Of a stretch of 40,427 nt of DNA, positions 38,484 to 40,427 are shown one piece after another. The first letter of the stretch is position 1, and every line of letters starts with the position of its first letter. Made by a program: the position numbers and the translations under genes. The notes beneath the pieces were generated by a model. That model was not told where the DNA came from and did not search any database. It saw nothing but the letters and a program-made list of their open reading frames with translations. The DNA is from Candidatus Omnitrophota bacterium (GTDB lineage: Bacteria; Omnitrophota; Gorgyraeia; JABMRN01; RBG-13-46-9), in assembly GCA_013203315.1 (NCBI GenBank), contig JABMQJ010000014.1, positions 1 to 40,427 of the forward strand. The letters run 5' to 3'.

Positions 38484-38525
38484 ATTCTAACACAGATACT
38501 GGTATAGTTTAAAGGGGTCACGTCA
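38484..38525 (+). repeat. IS3-like terminal sequence, copy R2 (divergent)
   Basis: ATTCTAACACAGATACTGGTATAGTTTAAAGGGGTCACGTCA; shares ATTCTAACA, ATACTGGTA, AGGGG and GTCA with copy L. Confidence 0.65.
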
Positions 38526-38526
38526 C

Positions 38527-38652
38527 GCTAAAGTTAGAAATCCACATAGGTCTCGTTTATATAATAAGGGTGATGCAAATATCACAGAAGAAGAATTGTC
38601 TGTTATCAAACGCAGAATACATCCATATCTGAAGCTATATGGCTATTCATAA
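38527..38652 (+). pseudogene. 3' fragment of a gene, sulfotransferase-like C-terminus
   Basis: AKVRNPHRSRLYNKGDANITEEELSVIKRRIHPYLKLYGYS*; begins at R2 with no start codon. Confidence 0.45.
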
Positions 38653-38807
38653 AATCCCTACTCTAAACGATATGAATACTTATGCCCAAATGATGCCCAT
38701 CCAATGTCTCAACCACGGCTAACGCTTGGACACCTTAATTCCTTGACAATAAAAGAGTTGTGTTATAACCTATTGTCCGACGGTAAGTTAGGGAATTACG
38801 CTTAGAA

Positions 38808-38827
38808 GAATCCCTGCCTCTCCGCCA
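38808..38827 (+). repeat. att core: duplicated 3' end of tRNA-Ser(GGA)
   Basis: 20/20 match to 34192-34211. Confidence 0.92.
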
Positions 38828-38952
38828 ATTTTTCTTACCTTCATAACTAATTACCTTTCAATAAGTTACGATCCAAGTAAAAAATCATATCCCTCTGATG
38901 CCCATTTTGCGCCATCACATTGAACAAGAACACAATTCTACAATTGTTTGAT

Positions 38953-38981
38953 TTGCATTAACTTGCCATTATTGGTATAAT
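38953..38981 (+). promoter_or_regulatory. sigma70 promoter, near-leaderless transcript
   Basis: TTGCAT-17 nt-TATAAT with extended TG; ATG 8 nt downstream, no SD. Confidence 0.6.
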
Positions 38982-38989
38982 CTTACGTT

Positions 38990-39832
38990 ATGGGCTTGTA
39001 TTATATATTTACCGTTGACGGCGATTGGGATGAATATTTTTATTCCAAACTATCAAACTCCGCAAGGCAGCCGAACAAAAAGACATTGCTAGCCATGGTT
39101 AAACGCGAGATCAGAGTCGCCGCGTCTATTAACAACAGGCTTCTGCATTTTATCCATACTTCTCCTGTCACACCTGATTTTTTCCTTCAGCCAGAGTTCA
39201 TTTCTCTCTGGAGAGAAATGAAGGCGCGCGGCGGCAACGTGGGGATCCATTGTCACACCGAAGACCTCTTTCATGAAGGGCGCTTTAGCGACTTGGAGAA
39301 AATGAAAAAATCAATCAGCTCGTTGACCGAATCGCTTGTAAGCAAGGAGATTAACCCCATTTCTTACCGCGGGGGCTACATGGCTTTTTGCGAAAAGAAC
39401 ATCCCGATTCTGGAAGAAAACGGGCTCTTGCTTGATTTTTCCTGCGACCCCGGCCGTTATCTCCGGCTTGAGGGAGAGTTGATCGCGGATTGGCGCGGGG
39501 CGCCTGAAACTCATTACCGCATGTCCTATGAGGATCACCGCAAGCCGGGTAACAGTAAAGTAATTGAGATACCCTTGGGCAAAGCTGGAGGCGGCACCCT
39601 GTATATCGAGACAACCTCTCTTTTGAGCATATGGAAAGCGGCCCTGGCATTGGCTAAAAAAGTCAAAGAGGAGAAAAGGGATATTATAGTCTCAGTTTTA
39701 TCGCACACCTATGAATTTGCCTCGTTCTGGAAACGGTTAAAAATAAAATTAGCCCTTTTCATCTGTAAAAAGTATGGTATATTTGTAAGTGACGAAGAGG
39801 CATTAGAAATCATCAACCAGCAAAAAATGTAG
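38990..39832 (+). CDS. Polysaccharide deacetylase-like (NodB/CE4-fold) hypothetical protein
   Basis: FTVDGDWD, GIHCH, SYRGG, DFS, EIP, SH..E motif order. Confidence 0.6.
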   Translation: MGLYYIFTVDGDWDEYFYSKLSNSARQPNKKTLLAMVKREIRVAASINNRLLHFIHTSPVTPDFFLQPEFISLWREMKARGGNVGIHCHTEDLFHEGRFSDLEKMKKSISSLTESLVSKEINPISYRGGYMAFCEKNIPILEENGLLLDFSCDPGRYLRLEGELIADWRGAPETHYRMSYEDHRKPGNSKVIEIPLGKAGGGTLYIETTSLLSIWKAALALAKKVKEEKRDIIVSVLSHTYEFASFWKRLKIKLALFICKKYGIFVSDEEALEIINQQKM

Positions 39833-39851
39833 CAATAGGAACAGCACGCAT

Positions 39852-40427
39852 ATGAAAATAGGTATAGCAGCAGAGAACAGGCGAGGCGAAAAAAGAGCTA
39901 TTATACAACCCTCCGAGATGAAGAAGCTCGCAGCAAGGCACGAGGTAATTGTAGGGAATGGGGTAGGACTCGGCATTGACATACCGGATGAAGCCTATAT
40001 TAAAGTAGGATGCAAGGTCGGCTCGCGTGAAGAGGTGTACGGTTGCGAACTGGTAATCCGAATCAAGGAACCAAGCTTTGAAGAGATCAAGATGATGCGG
40101 TCGGGCACCATCATAATGGCCATGATGCATATTCGCTGCCGGCCGAAATTGGATGAGGCGCTGCACAACCAGAAATTGATTGCAATCCCGTTGGAGAACC
40201 TGAAGGATACAGTTGGCAGGAGGAAGGTTGAGGCAGTCGAGGATTCCGGCAGGATAGGGATGGAATACGGTTTTAAGCTCTTAGGGAAGGACCCCGCCAC
40301 CGCCACCGTGAAGATTATGGGATACGGCAATATAGCTATGGGTGCTATCCGCTGCGCGGCCCGTAAATTCGCCAAAGTCCAGATCCTGAACAAAAAGAAC
40401 TTACTCGAAATGGATAAACATATTCCC
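39852..40427 (+). CDS. Alanine dehydrogenase/PNT-family NAD-dependent enzyme, partial (runs off the window)
   Basis: Hand translation MKIGIAAENRRGEKRAIIQP...GVGLGIDIPDEAY...IRIKEP...MMH...IMGYGNIA; open for 192 codons to the window end; absent from the ORF track. Confidence 0.8.
   Translation, partial: MKIGIAAENRRGEKRAIIQPSEMKKLAARHEVIVGNGVGLGIDIPDEAYIKVGCKVGSREEVYGCELVIRIKEPSFEEIKMMRSGTIIMAMMHIRCRPKLDEALHNQKLIAIPLENLKDTVGRRKVEAVEDSGRIGMEYGFKLLGKDPATATVKIMGYGNIAMGAIRCAARKFAKVQILNKKNLLEMDKHIP

Larger units (their letters stand above)
34192..38827. mobile_element. Integrase-less genomic island at the tRNA-Ser(GGA) 3' end
   Basis: Exact 20-bp direct repeat GAATCCCTGCCTCTCCGCCA at 34192-34211 and 38808-38827; accessory cargo, partly AT-rich. 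Confidence 0.85.

Noticed and set aside
38743-38769. TTGACA...TATAAC promoter
   Set aside because: 15-nt spacer is suboptimal, it overlaps the att-flanking motif, and no adjacent gene follows

Overview
Bacterial chromosomal segment of a diderm (BamA, Skp, lipid A genes). Gene style suggests Ca. Omnitrophota/PVC, but that is an inference. About 34 kb is housekeeping: PpiD/SurA-like chaperone (-), hisG, TPR protein, split transketolase interrupted by an FtsH paralogue and a lipoprotein, ispE-spoVG-tRNA-Gln-glmU-prs-rplY-pth, rpsF-ssb-rpsR-rplI-dnaB, bamA-skp-lpxD-lpxC-fabZ-lpxI (no lpxA), an oppositely oriented gnnA-like/lpxB pair, msbA, rpsB-tsf-pyrH-frr, tRNA-Lys, archease-rtcB-serS, an M50-like peptidase and three tRNA-Ser genes. 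Two small basic ORFs below the ORF-track cutoff flank hisG (one bS22-like, one unknown). The accessory part starts at tRNA-Ser(GGA): a 4.6 kb integrase-less island bounded by a 20-bp duplication of the tRNA 3' end, carrying methyltransferase/glycosyltransferase genes. It contains three same-orientation IS3-like terminal sequences, two of them immediately followed by 5'-truncated gene fragments. The distal att core sits in a symmetric attP-like architecture. Two tRNA-Ser genes have a duplicated structured leader with compensatory base changes. All calls were made by eye; no searches were run.
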